Part shown: positions 60,369 through 64,000 of the stretch, piece after piece
Numbering within the stretch: position 1 is the stretch's first letter
How the letters are laid out: the number at the start of each line of letters is the position of its first letter
Origin: Lama guanicoe
Lineage: Eukaryota
Length of the DNA: 64,000 nucleotides
NCBI GenBank assembly: GCA_013239625.1
Contig: MU054117.1
Coordinates: 2,852,011 to 2,916,010, forward strand
Reading direction: 5' to 3'
Position numbers and translations under genes: made by a program
Notes under the pieces: model-generated
What the model was told of the DNA's origin: nothing
The model's database searches: none
What the model saw: the letters and a program-made list of their open reading frames with translations, nothing else

Positions 60369-63300
60369 CTAGGAGGAGGTAGACGGCAGAGATGAGCAGC
60401 CACGCCCGGGAGCCAGGCAGGTGGGGCTGCAGCCAGACCCCCGACCCCCGACCCCCGAGTGGGACCCCGCCAGCCTCCCGCTGCAGAGCACGGCTCAGCG
60501 CAGGGGCTTCAGCCAGATCTCAGCCAGTCATCGCAGGGCCGCTGTCTGGAAGCCGCCATTATCCCCACTTTACAGACACAGACAGTCAAAGGTCACACGG
60601 ACGACCCATGACTGGGCCAGGGTTCTCATCCAGCCCCGGGCCCAAGAGCCCGCCCTAGTGATGACTGCACCGCTGCCAGCTCACACCGGAGGTCAGGGAT
60701 CAGAGTCAGCACGCTCCCCCCTCCCAACCCCTGATGCTGGTTTACTTTGTTTTCAGGAGCCACTGAAGAATCATTTTTCCTTTCCCACCTGCCCCCAACA
60801 GTCTCTGATCTGTTCCCAGATGTCTGGAATTTCTACTGTTGGCCATTCCTTTCTCTGACTTAGGATTTCTTATCTCCAGCTACAAAGCAGAGCTTTAATG
60901 CTATCAAGCGTAATCCGTCCTTCGTACCACTGTGTGAGCATTTCATTCCTAGGAATTTTGAGGGAGGGGAGAGGACGCTGAGCGATACGTGGGGTCGCTG
61001 GAGGGCAATTTAGGCTGCAAGGTGGGGGCCGTGTGTGCTCTCCTTACACCTGCACCCTCCACGCGGTGCCGGCTTGGGGGCACAGGCAGCAAACAGCAGC
61101 GGGAAGGATGGGAGGGGAGAGGGTGGAAGGAGGGGCCGGCAGGGGTGGAGGGAGGAGGAGAGACGGAATGGAGGAGTGGGGTAGGCGAGGAATTCGGCCC
61201 CACTCAGAGAAGAATGGAAAAATGTAAAGCAGATCTGAGTGACACTGGAAAAGGAGCCTTGCTTAACTGTACAGTTCTGCCTCCATCCTTCTGTCTGGGC
61301 TCTGCACCGTGGTGGGAGATTTTAACTGTCCCTCAGGCTTACTGCAAAGGGTCCGATGGCCCACGTATCCAAACCACAGCATGGTTTTCCGCAGGGAGCA
61401 CCTTACGCCCGATAAATCTCTCGTCCATGGGCTGTCAGGGCTGCCTGGACTGTGCACACCCTGGGCTGAGCAGGGACGTCCCCCAAGTCGATGGTCTTGC
61501 TGGGCTGGCGAGAGCAGCACCGCTGGCTGGGGCCTCGGGACTCGCCCGCCAAGCTCACGATCGCCTGATTCCTTAAGAGGTATCTGCGGGTTTTTCCCTT
61601 TTATAGAACAATTATAAAGTCAATTTTCGACGGTAACAGACTGAATCAGAGTCTAAGTTCACCTGAGACAATCCCAATTAAGCAACGAAACTTCTCTGGC
61701 TCCTGCGGAGCTGCAAACTCAGGACATTTCATCCCCAATTAGATTTAATTTCAACTTGAGGGAAAACAATGCATTTCCCATGATCCCTGTTGGGGACTCT
61801 GCTCTGATCAGTATCATGGGATCAGCACAGCTGCCTGGTGCCCTGGGAGCCAAGGTGGCCTGTGCCCGGCTTTGGGGCCCCCCGACCCCAACCCCAGGCC
61901 CTGCTGCTTTCTGGGGGCAGCCGGGAGCAGACGGCTTTCCCCGCTAAGGACGCTCACTCACTGGAGACCTAAGGGCTGGGTTCTCAGACCGTTTGACTGC
62001 GGGGCTAATTCCCACATCATAAGGCGCTCCAGGGGCGGGTCTCCTTACACAGCACCAGCGGACCTCCGAGCTGTGCACACACACACACACACACGTACCT
62101 GGCATGTGGTGGTGCAAATACACCTCCGTCTGTCTAGTAGGCATACCTCTGTCTGTCTAAACACACACACATAAATATTCAGATTTTTCGTGTGTTAACA
62201 AAAAGAGAAGCATTTCTGAAAAAAAAGGACACTTGAATATTTGACTAAATGACATTTAAGGTCCTTCTAACCTAGACAGTCCACAAGTTTACATCTGGCT
62301 AATGTGTGGAGTGAGGGGTAGAACTCGCCATTTCGTGGTAGTGACTGGTGAGAGGTCTGTGGCTGCCTGAGGAAGCAGCTGTGGGCTGTTTTCATGAGAA
62401 GGAATGAAAACCAGAGCGCTCGCCAAAAGATCCGCCAAGTGAAAGATGCAGGCAAAAGTAGCACCGTGTGCTGCTGCTTTGTGAATGAAAAATGTGTGTG
62501 TGTGTGTGTCCACGCCCGCCTGCGTATGCGGAGGAACACTCTGGAAGGATCAAGGGGTGACGGGAGGCCAGGAGTCAGGGGAGGGGCCAGCCTCTGAGTG
62601 TACCTCCCTCTGTGCCGGTCGAATTTGTGCCTTGTCATTAACGACCTACCCAGAGGGAAAGGTAATTAACAACACAGACAGAGGAGCTGCTTTGCAGCTG
62701 AACCCCCCTTCCTGTTACCGCTCCTGCTTGATTGCTCCTTCTTTATCTGACTCTAAAATCTCATTCTCCTTCCCTGAGCACCTTCAGAGCACAGGAAGAT
62801 TAATTTTGCCCATTGTGAATTCTAGCTAACGCACCACGCAGTCTGTTTACCCAGAAGCTCCCGCTCCTGGCGCCCAGCTGCTCGGGAGCAGTGTCAGGCA
62901 GCGGGGCACTGGCAGGGAAACCTGGGCGTCAGGAGGACGGGGCTCTGACCTCGTTTTCCAGCCCTAACGAGCTTACTGGCTATGGGTTGGTCGCTGTCCC
63001 TCTCTGAGCCTCAGTTTCTTTCCTTTGTCAAATGAAGAGGCGGGTTTGAGCATGAAGGTCCCATCAGCACCGCTGGGCTGGGATCCCGCCCTGCAGAGGA
63101 CAGGCCGCCCTCCTCTCCCAGCCTCCCCAGACAAGGCTCGCTCTCCTGGGCCCCAGCGCGCCCTCCGGCCGCACGAGATGCCGCAAGACAAGTCCTGAGG
63201 TTCTGCAGTCATCTGTCTCTCCCTCCTAACCCTCCTTCCCTGTGTTTCAATTCCCAGCCTCCAGAGATTGCATCTCCGGCTTGGTTGATTAAGATGAGGC

Positions 63301-64000
63301 TTGAGGAAGAGTGCGGTCCCACGCTGAGCCGCTACCCCGGCTCCGGTGCGTGGCTGCTCGTTTCCATTTGCTGCTCTCCAGCCTGTAGATGTTTGCTGCT
63401 TTTAGGACTTGACTGAATTTTAAGAGCCCGAATCCTTCCTTCTATTTGTCAAGGCAAACGCCTTGTTGACCTGCTCTCAACGAGGAGGAAAGGATTCTGC
63501 TTGTTTACAAGGAAATACACTGTCCTTCCTCCGGTGCCCCAAGCGTGGGGACGGCAGGGCTGGTTGTGCTTTCAGTCAACGGCTTGGGAATGCATCTGTT
63601 TTTCAGTGGGAGATATCTCACTCGGGCAAAACTCCAAACCCAAACACATCTCCCCCCTCTCCCCCTGCTCAGTCCCAACCACTGCAGCACCCCACATGTG
63701 AGTCAGACAGCGAACCATGCGATCTAGGCCGATGGACCAACATTTTGCCAACACTCAGGTCAAGGCTTTTGAACAAGGAGAGTTGTTAACATGTGGAAAA
63801 CACCAAGCCTGGGTGAGTAAGACGGCTCTTCCCTCTGCGATCAGACTTCATACCCTGCTCGGCCCGGGACCAAGCACACAGGTAAATTTTGCAGAGTGAA
63901 TGCACGAGTGTGTGAATGATGGCCGGTCCCCATCCTGTGCACACACTTTCTGGAGTCAGCCACGTGTGGCCAGCACTTAACATCCTGGGACAGTTACTGA

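Noticed and set aside
60369..64000. CRACR2A exon 10 (coiled coil)
   Set aside because: No matching coding sequence found; it probably lies beyond the window end

Overview
Mammalian genomic DNA, probably camelid judging by two tRNA-derived Vic-1-type SINE copies. The window is GC- and CpG-rich and holds the 3' halves of two convergent genes. On the + strand is PRMT8 (coding exons 5-10 by human numbering, 7379-24911), with a ~0.78 kb 3'UTR and AATAAA at 25667. On the - strand is CRACR2A/EFCAB4B (Rab46) long isoform (coding exons 11-20, 60368-34151), encoding the end of the coiled coil, the proline-rich linker and a complete Rab domain ending in CCG. All 16 exons have canonical AG acceptors, all non-terminal exons have GT donors, and the phases join into open frames. 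The rest is introns and a ~8.5 kb spacer between the 3' ends, filled with L1, L2, MIR, SINE and DNA-transposon relics, microsatellites and two minisatellites. Nearly all other ORFs in the track look like chance ORFs of GC-rich DNA. I cannot support a new biological system from this sequence alone. The best leads are: a 155-codon open read-through at the CRACR2A short-isoform donor, a D-to-Y change in the PRMT8 C-terminus, an apparently retroelement-derived PRMT8 poly(A) signal, a perfect RFX X-box, a minisatellite with 47-bp higher-order structure, and strongly GC-shifted old repeats. Exon numbers, human comparisons and repeat family names come from recall, not from a search, and repeat boundaries are approximate.
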